Positions 12,228 through 26,899 of a stretch of DNA of 64,000 nt are shown piece after piece. Origin of the DNA: Octopus vulgaris (Eukaryota). The number at the start of each line of letters is the position of its first letter. Positions within the stretch are counted from its first letter, which is position 1. The stretch covers positions 82,336,001 to 82,400,000 of the forward strand of contig OX597824.1 in assembly GCA_951406725.2 (NCBI GenBank). Direction: 5' to 3'. The notes beneath the pieces were generated by a model. The model was not told where the DNA came from. It did not search any database and saw nothing but the letters and a program-made list of their open reading frames with translations. The position numbers and the translations under genes are program-made.

Positions 12228-12697
12228 CGTGGGTCGATTAAATAAGTACCAGTTACGCACTGGGGTCGATATAATCGACTTAATCCGTTTGTCTGTCTTT
12301 GTTTGTCCTCTCTGTGTTTAGCCACTTGTGGGTAGTAAAGAAATAGGTATTTCGTCTACCGCTACGTTCTGAGTTCAAATTCCGCTGGGCAAGTGTTTTC
12401 TACTATAGCCTCGGGGTGACCAAAGCCTTGTGAGTGGATTTGGTAGACGGAAACTGAAAGAAGCCGGTCGTATATATGTATGTGTGTGTATGTTTGTGTT
12501 TGTCCCCCTAGCATTGCTTGACAACCGATGCTAGTATGTTTATGTCCTCCGTAACTTAGCGGTTCGGCGAAAGAGACCGATAGAATAAGTACTAGGCTTA
12601 CAAAGAATAAGTCCCGGGGTCGATTTGCTCGACTAAAGGCGGTGCTCCAGCATGGCCGCAGTCAAATGACTGAAACAAGTAAAAGAGTAAAGAGTAA
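12228..12697 (+). mobile_element. Chimeric SINE: family-D body joined to family-C body and tail
   Basis: The junction ..gagttcaaattccgc|tgggcaagtgttttctactatagcc lies at about 12385. The element ends in aaacaagtaaaagagtaaagagt. Confidence 0.8.
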
Positions 12698-12966
12698 TTA
12701 GCCTCACAGCAAACTGTGACACATTGCATAGTACTGATGTTTTTGATGAGTATCGGATCAAAATCTGCTATGCGTGAGGACGCGTATCTTGGTAGTAAGG
12801 TAGTTGCTCTCGTGATTGCAATTCCAGGGTCGGGTGGTGCGTCGTAACTATGGGCAAAACACTTCATTTTGTTACTTCAGTCCACTTAGCTGCAAGCGAT
12901 CACCTCCGCGACAGACTATGGGTAAAGTTTTGGTCTCGGTCACTTATATGCCATAGAAACTGTAGG

Positions 12967-13545
12967 AGGCGGCGTGCTGGCAGAAACGTTAGCACGCCGG
13001 GCGAAATGCTTTGTGGTATTTCGTCTGTCGTTACGTTGTGAGTTCAAATTCCGCCGAGGTTGACTTTGCCTTTCATCCTTTCGGGGTCGATAAATTAAGT
13101 ATCAGTTCCGCACTGGGGTCGAAGTAATCGACTTAATACCTATGTCTGTCCTTGTTTGTCCCCTCTATGTTTAGCCCCATGTGGGTAAAAAAAAAATAGG
13201 TATTTCGTCTGCCGTTACGTTCTGAGTTCAAATTCCGCCGAGGTCGACTTTGCCTTTCAAACTTTAGGGGTCGATTAAATAAGTACCAGTTACGCACTGG
13301 AGTCGATATAATCGACTTAATCCGTTTGTCTGTCATTGTTTGTCCTGTCTGTGCTTAGCCCCTTGTGGGTAGTAAAGAAATAGGTATTTCGTCTACCGCT
13401 ACGTTCTGAGTTCAAATTCCGCTGAGATTGACTTTTCCTTTCATCATTTCGAGGTCGATAAATTAAGTACCAGTTACATACCGGGGTCAATCTAATCGAG
13501 TGGCCTTCTCCCCACAAGATTAGGGCCTTCCACCTAGAGTAGAAA
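12967..13545 (+). mobile_element. SINE family D: head plus about 3 tandem 184-bp bodies
   Basis: Head ggcggcgtgctggcagaaacgttagcacgccgggcgaaatgc; tatttcgtct recurs at 13017, 13201 and 13385. Confidence 0.9.
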
Positions 13546-13984
13546 AGATTCTGTGTCACGCTGTCTCTCCCTGAAAACTATGCCAAGGGTACGCGTGTCT
13601 GTGGAATGCACAGTCAATTACACGTTAATTTCACGAATCGGCTGCCCCGTTAATCGGATCAAATAAAGCACTCTTCGTCGCAATCGACGGAGTGTCATAT
13701 ATTTTTTTTTCTCTTTTTATACATTAGGCCGTTAGTTTTCAAAATAAAATTCCTACGACTTTTAGTTCTTTAATCTGCGCTGAATTTCTTGGAAATTTTC
13801 CAATCACTGAAGTGTTAATATATGAAAGAGAAACAAAACGAAAGAACAAATAATTAAGAGGATTGTTATAAATTTTTCGAATAGTATCATATCTCTTACG
13901 CCACCCTGTATTCTAAATGTTTGTGTGTCTATGTAGTATGTGTGTGTGTGTGTGTGTGCGCGCGTACATGTACGCGCATTTATA

Positions 13985-14039
13985 TATATCGGTTGTCAAG
14001 CAATACTAGGGGGACAAACACAGACACTCAAACACACTC

Positions 14040-14077
<38 letters not shown>

Positions 14078-14530
14078 GACAGGCTTCTTTCAGTTTCCGT
14101 CTACCAAAACCACTCACAAGGCGTTGGTCGGCCCGGGGCTATAGCAGAAGACACTTGCCCAAGATGCCACGCAATGGGACTGAACGCGGAACCATGTGGT
14201 TGGTTAGCAAGCTACTTACCACACAGCCACTCCTGCGCAATATGTATACATGCATATGTATACACCCAGAAATACAAGTAAAATGAACGCGCAGGGTTTA
14301 ACGCATACACGCATGTATATAAGGGTACACGTTCAACAGGCGCAGGAGTGGATGAGTGGATAGACGCAGGAGTGGGTATGTGGCGAGTAGCTTGCTTACC
14401 AACCACATGGTTCCGAGTTCAGTCCCACTGCGTAGCACCTTGGGCAAGTGTCTTCTACTTTAGCCTCGAGCCGACCAAAGCCTTGTGAGTGAATTTGCCA
14501 GAAGGAAACTGAAAGAGGCCCGTCGTATAT
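13985..14530. mobile_element. Two divergently oriented family-C SINE 5' halves
   Basis: Minus copy at 13985-14238 and plus copy at 14338-14530. Confidence 0.8.
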
Positions 14531-14533
14531 ATA

Positions 14534-15354
<821 letters not shown>

Positions 15355-15829
15355 CGCTCTCACACATATGTAAGTAGAAACACACTTGCAGATACACATA
15401 CATACATACATGCACATGAGCACACACATGCGCGTACACAGATGCTTACACAAATCTACATATATAAACACAAAGCCTCATACATGCATACATACATACA
15501 TACATACATGCAAAGCACACAGACACACACAAAGTTAGCATAAACGTTCATAGGCTCACATGGAAATAAAGCACACACAAACACATACATACAAGCATAA
15601 ATACACACACACAAACACGCAAACAGCTATTCTTTTCTATCAATTAACTGTTAATTGCAGACACAAACACAGACGCAATCACTCACACACATTCACACAC
15701 ACACACACACACAAAGCACTCGGCTCCTCTACTCTCCTACTCAATCAAGTGTTAATTACAGCCGCATACACGCAGAGGCGCGCCCACAAAACACACGCAC
15801 GCACATACACAGAAAAAGGCACACAGGCA

Positions 15830-15872
<43 letters not shown>

Positions 15873-15952
15873 ACACACACACATGCGCACACAAACACAA
15901 ACACGCAAAAAAACAAATATCTATTCCCATGTATTAAGCATTAATGTGTGTG

Positions 15953-16001
<49 letters not shown>

Positions 16002-16116
16002 AACATACACTATACATACACACACACACATATATATTCATGCATATACACATACACACGCACACATACACAAACACGCAAAAAAACAAATATCTGTTTC
16101 CATCTATTAAGCATTA

Positions 16117-16179
<63 letters not shown>

Positions 16180-16317
16180 GCATATATTATATATATATAT
16201 ATGTATATATCACGCATACACTATACACACATATATATATATTCATACATATATGTATATATAGATATATGCATATATATGTAAATACACACATATACAC
16301 ATACACACACATGCACA

Positions 16318-16648
16318 TGTATGTATGTATGTATGTATACATGTATGTATGTATGTATGTATGTATGTATGTATGTATGTATGTATGTATGTATGTATGG
16401 AGTTGTGTGTGTGTATCTATGTATGTATGTATGTGTGTATGTATGTATGTATGTGTGTATGTATGTATGTATGTATATATGTGTGTATGTATGTATGTAT
16501 GTATGTGTGTATGTATGTATGTATGTATGTATGTGTGTATGTATGTATGTATGTGTGTATGTATGTATGTATGTATGTATGTGTGTATGTATGTATGTAT
16601 GTATGTGTGTATGTATGTATGTATGTGTGTATGTGTGTATGTATGTAT
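16318..16648. repeat. (GTAT)n tetranucleotide tract
   Basis: Read directly from the sequence. Confidence 0.95.
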
Positions 16649-16760
16649 ATCGCTCGCTGACTGAACAATTTGCTCTTATCCTCTTCTCTCTGTTCTTCTC
16701 TCCATTTGTCTCTGCCTCTCATCCTCTTTTTTGTCTTGACTGCATTTTATACCTTTTAGT

Positions 16761-17150
16761 GGAGGCGCAATGGCCCAGTGGTTAGGGCAGCGGACTCGCG
16801 GTCATAGGATCGCGCTTTCGATTCCCAGACCGGGCGTTGTGAGTGTTTATTGAGCGAAAACACCTAAAAAGCTCCACGAGGCTCCGGCAGGGGATGGTGG
16901 TGATCCCTGCTGTACTCTTTCACCACCACTTTCTCTCACTCTCACTCTTACTTCCTGTTCTGTTGTACCTGTATTTCAAGGGGCCGGCCTTGTCACTCTC
17001 TGTGTCACGCTGAATATCCCCGAGAATTACGTTACGGGTACACGTGCCTGTGGAGTGCTCAGCCACTTACAAGTTAATTTCACGAGCAGGCTGTTCCGTT
17101 GATTCGGATCAACCGGAACCCTCATCGTCGTAACCGACGGAGTGCTTCCA
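16761..17150 (+). mobile_element. Full-length SINE family A with tail X
   Basis: A and B boxes present; ends in aaccgacggagtgcttcca. Confidence 0.9.
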
Positions 17151-17398
17151 CTCTCTCATCGTATATACGTATAAATAAAAGTACGTATATACGATATACG
17201 TATGCATGTTATATGTATGTACGTATAGATTTGGTAGTACAAACATGAAAATAGAAGTCAGAATCAAGAGTATACATATACTTTATTATTTATCGTCAGA
17301 AGTTACAAAGTGACTGAAGTTTCGAGAGTTTCGTGCGTTGTTCATTTATTTTGTAAATTTTTCCGTTATTACTAATATATGTATATATTACCTCGTGT

Positions 17399-17437
17399 TC
17401 TTTTCTGCAGAAGAGCGTTTGCTCGAAATGTAAAAGA
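17399..17437 (+). ncRNA. Hammerhead-like motif with CUGCAGA core, inside a dispersed repeat homologous to about 60065-60245
   Basis: tctttt-CTGCAGA-a-GAGC-gttt-GCTC-GAAA-tg-TA-aaaga. Confidence 0.5.
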
Positions 17438-17562
17438 CTTCCTCACCTTTCCGAGCGTCAAACAAATACACATGGTCGTTGTTTATATACCTGACTTCAT
17501 CTTTTGCTTTTCTGTAATTTCAAATATATAAATAAATATGAGTGTGTGTGTGTATGTACGTA

Positions 17563-17612
<50 letters not shown>

Positions 17613-17616
17613 TATG

Positions 17617-17688
<72 letters not shown>

Positions 17689-18022
17689 GTATGTAGAAAA
17701 ATACAACATGGACAAGAACGTATAACTCTTAGAAGACGATACAATAAACACGGACAGGACATTCGAAACCCTCAGTCTTCAGTCAAGAACCGGATCATCG
17801 TAGTAATTTCGGCTGATTAATCTTGAGATTACTAGATCACGGCCAGCCCTCCAAGAAAAACTAAGCAACGAGCATTAGAAAAACTAAGCTGGGAGCGTAG
17901 ATTTCCTGGAAGAAGGATCGAATGCATACGAACACCGGGACAGCAAAAGGGACGAATATAAAAGGCAAAAAACAATAATGGAATACAGAAACATGAAATA
18001 CAGAAGCATTAACATGTGTGTG

Positions 18023-18076
<54 letters not shown>

Positions 18077-18118
18077 CGCGTGTTTTGTGTGTATATGGGT
18101 ATGCAATAGTTCTTTCTA

Positions 18119-19439
18119 TTGGGTTGGCAACTAAGTTCCCGCGCCGTTTTTTTTTCGTTTTTTTTTCAATTTTTGAAATTTATTGCGTTTTTGAATTTTG
18201 GAATCAATTTTTTTTTTAGAGAATTCTAATTTTGAATCATTTTGGAATCTATTTTTTTCTAGTTAATTTAGTTAATTTTAGTTAATTTTTGTTTATTTTC
18301 AGATCATTAAAATGGAATCTCAAGTTAAGAAAAACGAGCATTTTCGACACCTCCTTCTTTTTGCATTTAATCAAAGTTCTAAGGCCACAAAAGCTGCTCG
18401 TGACATTGATGTTGTGTATGGAGAAGGTGCTATAGCTGAAAGAACCGCTCGTGATTGGTATGCCAAGTTCAAAAATGGGAAATTTTGACCTCAAAGACGC
18501 ACCTCGTTCTGGCCGTCCAGTTGAGTTTGATGAAGAGCGATTAAACCAACTTTTGCACGAAAATTCTCGTCAAACGACAAGGGAACTGGCAGAGAAAATG
18601 GAATTCTCCCACAGTGCTATAGAGAAGCATCTTCACTCAATGGAAAAGGTTCAGAAGTATGGAGCATGGGTTCCGCATACTTTAAGTGACAACAACAAAA
18701 ATCAACAAGCCACAATTCCCGCTGGTTTGCTTGCTTGTCACCGCTCAACTCATGGACACAAGCAACGTTTTCTTTACCGAATCGTTACTGGCGACGAAAA
18801 ATTGTGCCTGTACATCAATATGAAGCAGCATAAGGAATGGCTTAGCCCCGGTAAGCAAGCGACACCGCGCGTGAAACAAGATCTTCATCCGAGTAAAACG
18901 ATGTTGTGCGTATGGTGGGACTGGGAAGGGATTATCCATTACGAATTGCTTGAACGGAACCAAACGGTCAACGCGGAACTCTATGTTCAACAGATGGAAC
19001 GACTCAACGCGGCTATTCAAGAAAAAAGACCTAATCGTCAGCACGGAGTTCTTCTGCTGCACAACAACGCCTGACCTCATATCGCCAATATCACCAAGGA
19101 AGCCATTCAAACGCATGGCTGGGGAGTGCTGCCACGCCCGCCGTCCTCTCCTGATTTGGCACCAACGGATTTCCATCTCTTTCGATCTCTTTTAAATGTT
19201 ATGCGAAGAGTTTCGTCCAATACTGATGCAGAATTGAGAGCTTGGTTGGATCAATTTTTCGAGTCGAAATCGGGTGATTTCTACTAACGGGGTATTGAAA
19301 ATTTTGTTGAACGTTGTGTAGAAGTTGTAAACAACAAGGGTGAATACATTATTGATTAATTAGTTGTGATTTTTTTTTTATTAAACATTTAAAAAAATTT
19401 TTAATTTTAAAAAAGGCGGGAACTTAGTTGACAACCCAA
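18119..19439 (+). mobile_element. Full-length mariner (mellifera-subfamily-like), 1321 bp, TA TSD
   Basis: TA|ttgggttggcaactaagttcccgc ... gcgggaacttagttgacaacccaa|TA (1 mismatch in 24 bp), with a transposase inside. Confidence 0.95.
18312..19359 (+). pseudogene. Mariner DD34D transposase, inactivated
   Basis: MESQVKKNEHFRHLLLFAFNQ..WYAKFKNG, then a +1 frameshift at about 18480, then NFDLKDAPRSGRP..WVPHTL..RIVTGDEK..MLCVWWDWEGIIHYELL..LLHNNA*PH..PPSSPDLAPTDFHLFRSL..FY*RGI..GEYIID*. The second catalytic Asp is mutated to Asn. Confidence 0.95.
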
Positions 19440-19454
19440 TACTAAAACGCACTA

Positions 19455-19836
19455 GGCCTGAAATTTGATAGGAATAAGCCGATTACATCGACCCCAGAAC
19501 TCAACTGGTATATTATTTTATCGACCGCCGAAAGGGTGAACGGTAAAGTTGACCTCGGTGGAATTTGAACTTAGAACATGAAGACATGAAGACGGACGTA
19601 ATACCTATTTCTTTACTACCCACAAGGGCTAAACACAGAGAGGACAAACAGGGACCGACAAACGGATTAAGTCGATTACATCGACCCCAATGTGTAACTG
19701 GTACTTAATTTATCGACCCCGAAAGGATGAAAAGCAAAGTCGACCTCGGCGGAATTTGAACTCAGAACGTAACGGCAGACGAAATACGGCTGCACATTTC
19801 GCCCGGCATGCTAACGTTTCTGCCAGCTCGCCGCCT
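19455..19836 (-). mobile_element. SINE family D dimer abutting the mariner right TIR
   Basis: Two tandem Meta-like bodies plus a head ending ctgccagctcgccgcc. Confidence 0.85.
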
Positions 19837-20133
19837 TCGGCAGACGAAATGCCGCCAAGCCTTTCGCCCGGTTTGATAAAGACTCTGCTCGCTTTCCGCC
19901 TTCGTCGCCTTACTAATAATGATAATATTGACAATGAAGCCAGTATTTATTTCTCACAAGGTTGAGAACTCTGTACAAGGTTCTGAGTTGCATAACAATG
20001 TCCCGTATCAAAATCAACATAATTGCAACTATTTTTCTGGGTGTGAAATACAGAGCATAAATGTCCGCTATATAGTAACCACTTACGTAAGAAAAAATGC
20101 TTACAAATGAAACACCAGACTAATAAAGGACAT

Positions 20134-20626
20134 TTAACCATGATTGAAACCGCCTCTGGCTCAGTAGTACAAATATCTTGTTTTCAAAAGTTTTGAATTA
20201 AAATCTTCCACCAAACCTTAGTCACAATTTATGTTCCTAACACTAGCTTAATGATAACTATGTTATTTTACTAAATTCTTTGTTATATTTAAAGTAATTG
20301 AAAGAAACACAGAGCATCTCAAAATAAATACAGTAATGAAAGGGTTAAACAATGTGAATAAATAAGCATTGCATTTGACAGAGTAGTCTGAATGCTAAAG
20401 GGTTAACCCTTTTGTTACCAACCCGGCTGAAACCGCCTCTGGCTCTGTAGTACAAATGTCTTGTTTACATAAGTTTTTAATTAAAATCTTCCACCAAATC
20501 TTAGTCACAATTTATGTTCCTAACACTAGCTTAATGATAACTAAGTTATTTTACCAAATTCTTTGTAATATTTAAAGTAATTGAAAGAAGCACAGAAGAT
20601 CTCAAAATAAATACAGTAACGAAAGG
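20134..20626. mobile_element. Cluster of TTAA-flanked piggyBac-like MITEs: two about 220-bp copies flanking the 3' end of the 9794 family
   Basis: gaaaccgcctctggctc..aaataaatacagtaa(t/c)gaaagg is repeated at 20146-20344 and 20428-20626. The junction aaagggTTAAccctttt lies at about 20403. Confidence 0.8.
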
Positions 20627-20779
20627 AAGAGACCTTCTCAAGTTCACCATCGCTTATATTCGAACTCAGAGTTTAAAAGCATGCCCTCTCTTCCAAGGCA
20701 AGTATTTACCAAAAAAAAAAAAAAAATCTGACGGGGGTATCATAAATTCAACTAAAACATACCAGGGATGTCATTTATA

Positions 20780-20888
<109 letters not shown>

Positions 20889-21135
20889 AGTTCAGCAAAA
20901 TTTAGATTCAAATGAATTTGAATTTGTCTACGTATGAATTTGTTTATATATCTACCTTCTCTCTAATGTTATCAATTGATATGAAAATTATGTATTAATG
21001 GAAAACCTCTATTAATGGCTGATGAGTGCTCAGCATTTTAAAACTGTTGTAATACTTACAACATTTTTAATAAAATGATGTAGCGTGAAACGATCGTACC
21101 AAATTACCGAAGTTATTCTTGTTGCTTATTTTGAT

Positions 21136-21205
<70 letters not shown>

Positions 21206-21206
21206 T

Positions 21207-21265
<59 letters not shown>

Positions 21266-21655
21266 CGACAAAGAAGAGTATCATTTATGTACACCTAAAA
21301 TATTCAAAATTCCAATGACAAAAGGGCGTCTGTTAAAGAAAAGGGGAATGACTTTATAATTGACTACAAATATAAATTTACTTGTACTTTTGTTTCTTGT
21401 GGAAGACAGAAAAATGTTCTATTTATGATTAGAATCGTAACATTTCCTTTGTTACTAACTCATATACTTAATACTGCATTTTTATGTTTTATGCATGCTT
21501 ATTACACGGGAAATGGGCGTGTATATATGCGTATGTGCACGTATGAGAGACTATGCATATATAATTGCACATTAACTGCACGCTTATGTGTATATGTGCG
21601 TGGCAGTATGTGTATGTGTCTCAAATTTCGCATATAACTGACTGCGGAAATGCAT

Positions 21656-21760
<105 letters not shown>

Positions 21761-22045
21761 CATACACATATACATATATAAATATACATACATATAAATA
21801 CACATACGTATACAAATACATACATGTATGTGTGTATATAGCTTTATAAGCTTTTTAAGTATGTGCGTGTAAATGTGTCTTTATATGCATGGATCTACGT
21901 ATATGCCTGCGTGTATATATATTTAAGTGTAACTTGATGAATGTATGCATAAATGCACATAATTGTATTGAAACGTATATATATATATATATATATGTTT
22001 GTGTGTGTGTGTACAGAAGTCTATGAATATAATTCTCTCACGCAT

Positions 22046-22091
<46 letters not shown>

Positions 22092-23429
22092 ATATGTGTG
22101 TCACACACACACATATATGTGTGTGTACAGACGTCTATGAATGTAATTGTCCCACGATGTATTGTTGTTGAACTGAATATGTATTTCATAGTTCTTTGAC
22201 GTCTCGGTATCCTGTCTCCTGTCTGTTGGTTCACTACTGAACTAAGCTTAACGTGTCATGATTCAGGGTTTATTACCCTCTAGATAGCTTTCTACTGATA
22301 AGTATAATGTGTTATAGTCTATATTACCAGACGTAATTTATAACACTGTCACATCCAAGATTTATATTGTGGTCCTTGTTTATTTCTTCTTTCCGTTACA
22401 TCTTTTTCACTCTATTTTTCCCCTTAAATCTTCAAACGTAAAATAAACTTGAGAGATTATATTTCAAAAGTCACCCTCATGAGATGGTTCGTAGTAAATA
22501 TGCAATAATTCTGTCACGTAAGAATTACTGAAACAGCCGTAGGAATAAATTGTTGAAATATCATTGATGTTGTTTTTTGATGTTCTTTCAAATGGATATG
22601 TGTGCATGTATGAGTATATGTGTGTGTGTGTGTGCGTGTGTGTGTGTGATGTGTGTGTGTGTCTGTGTACCTGTATGTCTTTGTGTATGTGAGAAAGCGT
22701 GTGTATATACGCATGTACTTAAGTATATATGCATATAGTCTGAAAGCAAAAGAACTGCTGTGCAACAGTTTTCTTGTCTCTAGACGGTTAGATTGTTCCT
22801 TCCTTAATGTCAGGTCACTTTCGAAGAATTTTTTTTTATTTTTTAGGTAAATTTCCCATTCTTATTTGGAACCCTTTCCAATTGCTTCAATAGCCTAGGG
22901 TCATCTTCTTTCAAAGGGAAGATAATTCTAACACACCAACGATCACTCTTATATGGTATTTGATATAACTTTGAATATCTTTATCTCGCATATTCACTCC
23001 ACTGGCCACTCTGAGTTGATATTTCAGCTTATTTCCATTTATTTTGATATCTTTCTTTTATTATTTCAGTCATTAGACTGTGGCCACGCTGGAGCACCTA
23101 CTTCAAATGTTTCGTCGAACAAATGAATGCAGATCTACAGCATTTCTTGAGGCGGGGGTCACTTAATTACATTATATTAAGTCAGTAGTAGTCTTACATC
23201 TAACTTTACACACAGGGACATGTATATACATATGTGTGTGTGCGTACAAGCGTATGCATATATGTATGTATTTGTGCAGTATGTATGTGTATGTACAGAA
23301 TTTAGTGTAAGTTACCTCTGTTTTCTGTTGAAATCCATGACTCGGACAACTTTGAGTTAATCTTTTAAAATTACTTCGTTTGTATTATGACAATTTTCGT
23401 ACATCAGAAATATTTTCTACGCTTATCTG

Positions 23430-23492
<63 letters not shown>

Positions 23493-23734
23493 GTGTTTTT
23501 GTTCTCAACTTTGATCCTCCATAAATCCTAAATTTCATTTTAGAATTTATAGGAGCAACTGTCTTTGAAGAGTCATATAGTCGTTGAATGCTCGAAATGA
23601 GGAGTAGATAGACAGTCGACAACTGATGAAGGGTCATTTTTCTGTGCCTACTTGTCCTTTGCTCCATTTTTTTCTCGTTGTTTGCGTATTTCGCGTTGTT
23701 TGAATCGTTGGTGACGTCCTGCACCCATATATGC

Positions 23735-23791
<57 letters not shown>

Positions 23792-24202
23792 TTCTTTCTG
23801 TATCGAAACAACAAACGAGAAGACTATGCTGATGACGCTGGTTAATAATGAAACAAACCTTTACAGATTTCCATTGCTTCTCGAGAAAATAGAAGCCATT
23901 TTTTATTTATTGTACGGTCATTCGAAGATATTTATGACTTCTCATTCGAGGTTGGTATCAATCACCGCTAGGAATTTGTTTACTTTTCATCAAAGAAAAG
24001 ATATTTTTCAAAACAATAAACATTCAGGAATATTTCTGGTGCTTTACTTGGTGTAACCTTCGCTTATTTTTCGTTTAACTCTGTACACAAACCGATACAG
24101 CCGCACATGTATATACATACACACATACATACACACACACACATACACACATACACAGAGGCACACACACACAGAGGCACACACACACACACATACACAT
24201 AG

Positions 24203-24264
<62 letters not shown>

Positions 24265-24415
24265 GATGAACATACTGATGCTACTGATAGTAAGAGTTTT
24301 TCGTTTCTGGGTTAATAACCCAGCCATTCTTTGAACAATATAATGTCAGCATCTTTTCATGAAGATACCTTTCTACAATTATATATGTATATATGTATAT
24401 AAATACACACATACA

Positions 24416-24502
<87 letters not shown>

Positions 24503-24552
24503 ATATATATATAGATAGATATATAGATATAGATAGATAGATATACATATAG

Positions 24553-24589
<37 letters not shown>

Positions 24590-24802
24590 ATTATATATGT
24601 ATGTATATATATATATATATACGATGGCAGATTAATTACATACCTATACAAATACTTACAAAAAGCTCATGAATGCATAAATACATACGTATACATACAT
24701 ACACACACATACATATATATATGTATATATATGTATATATATATGTATATATATATATATATAAATATATAGGTATATATATATATAGGTATATATATAT
24801 AT

Positions 24803-24881
<79 letters not shown>

Positions 24882-25133
24882 TATATGTGGTTGCCATGTA
24901 AAGATAGATGACGGTGTAGGTTGATTAGGTCGTTGCCAAATGCACATAACAACTGTTCGAGACATTCCTCTGCGAGTCTGGGACGTTGCTGCTGTAATAC
25001 ACACATATAATCAGATTCCAAGCAAACAAAAAAGAGAAACCATGAGCGAAAGAGATGGAGGGAGAGAGGAGGTCATCGGCCTACGTGGCAGGTACATATT
25101 TACTAAAATACTACAATCGTTGGGTCAATGACG

Positions 25134-25330
25134 CTCCTCCTCCTCCTCCTTCTTGTTCTTGTTCTTGTTCTTCTTGTTCTTCTTGTTCTTCTTCTTCTTG
25201 TTCTTCTTCTTCTTCTTCTTCTTCTTCTTCTTCTTCTTCTTCTTCTTCTTCTTTTTCTTCTTCTTCTTCTTCTTCTCACTACTGCCACAACTAACACCAC
25301 CACCACCATCACCACCACTAGCAACAACAA
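25134..25330. repeat. (CCT)/(CTT)n/(CAC)n trinucleotide block
   Basis: Read directly; explains the poly-S/R/L/F ORFs. Confidence 0.9.
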
Positions 25331-25490
25331 CAGTAACAACAAGTACAACAATTATTATTACTGTTATTATTCAAGTCACAGCCTGGAATCGAACTCGGAA
25401 TCTTGGGGTTTGTAGCCCGCGCTGTTAACCACTAAGACATATGCCCACGGGTATATGGTTCGATTCCAGGCAGTGACCCGAGTAGTAGTA

Positions 25491-25548
<58 letters not shown>

Positions 25549-25723
25549 GTTAAATTAAAATTGCTGCTCATGTATTTTAATTTAACTTAAAAAAAAAAAA
25601 AAAAATGAACGAACTATTGAGTTTGGTTTAATGGCCTACCAATGTATACTATGAGTTTCTCTGCCCTAGGAGTCGGGAAGACACTCGGCAAGAAATGGAA
25701 GCAAATTTGAAAGAAGAAAAAAA

Positions 25724-25762
<39 letters not shown>

Positions 25763-26100
25763 TAAATACAACAATATCTCTAACGCCGCCAACAACATCA
25801 CTACTACTACTACAACAACAACAACAAAACAATGTGAGAACCTCTAGTCAGTCAATCAACATTCAGTCAATCAACATGCTAGAACTGACTGACAGGTCAT
25901 ACGCAAATCAAACGTTTTATGACGGTGCCTTGTTCCTGTTCGGAACCCATTATTAGCCTCCAGTAAAGAAGAATAAGAAGCGAACATTAGGATTGGTAAA
26001 ATATGTGACATATTTTAACTTCTGGCGACAAATTCACTGTCATTACCGTAGAGAAAAAAATTGTTTTTTATGAAATCTGTAGAGTGCTTCCCTCTACAGA

Positions 26101-26146
26101 TTTCGAGACGCGCGTTTCTGACTCTTTAGCCTTCATCAATGTGAAA
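26101..26146 (-). ncRNA. Degenerate minimal hammerhead-like motif
   Basis: Minus strand reads tttcaca-TTGATGA-a-GGCT-aaag-AGTC-a-GAAA-CGCGCG-TC-tcgaaa, with a palindromic stem III and a GUC triplet. Confidence 0.5.
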
Positions 26147-26899
26147 TACCGAAGGGAGATAACCTTGGGTATATTCTGCGCTAGAGTTTCTCTACCAACA
26201 GATTTACAGGTTATCATCTATATTGACAAGAGCAATGTGCGCAGATAAATGAATAAGTTTAAGAAAGAGGAAACCAGTAGTGAAAACAAAACCATACTGC
26301 GAAAGATCAACGACTGTGACCAGCGGTATGAATCGCAAGTGTTTTAAGGAATTGACTCACATGGATAGACGAGTCACAGTCTGCTAGCTTGCTATATAAC
26401 AGGACTGTTGTCATAATGCATTACAGAAGACGGTGAAAGGCTTTTGCTAACGGAACGTATATGTAAAGGGTACCTCGGCAGTTGATACGCGGTCTGACAG
26501 AAAGAAGAGTAGAAGTTTTGTCTGGTCTGCTCGGAAGCGTTTGAAGTTATCGAAGTTGAGGCTTTTCCGATCTGGTGACAAAGGGTGACATGTAAGCTTA
26601 GCTTTATGATTCAGTAAAGATGTCTCAGTCCATGGAACTGCGTCTCACTTCTTCAAGACCTAAATAGTTCAAGTACCAGCGGTTGGCACAGAAATCTAGA
26701 TGACTTTCTGTTTTGTTTTTTTTTAAGCGGGTCGAGGCGATGACAAGGACGTGTTTTGCTTTGATGTTCTGGAAGGTAGCTACAGCTTGAACAGTGAGGT
26801 GGGTATAGAGGAAGTCGAGGGGCTTAGAAAATCCATTAGAAGAGAGTAAAAAGAAAGACGAAAAAGAATCGGAAAACAATTGATATTCATTTTATCTCT

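Noticed and set aside
12967-13030. HDV-like ribozyme in the family-D head
   Set aside because: There is no P3/L3 (UYCNCG) element or nested pseudoknot; the tRNA-derived head explains the sequence.
17750-17860. Minus-strand ggctg..cagccgaaa stem and ctgaaga motif
   Set aside because: The core elements are not adjacent in hammerhead order.
21015-21060. ctgatgagtgctcagcat as a hammerhead
   Set aside because: There is no GAAA and no stem I pairing.
23590-23730. CTGATGA-containing repeat (homologue on the minus strand at about 59800-59995) as a hammerhead
   Set aside because: I could not find a stem II plus GAAA or a stem I in the right order. It remains an unclassified dispersed repeat.
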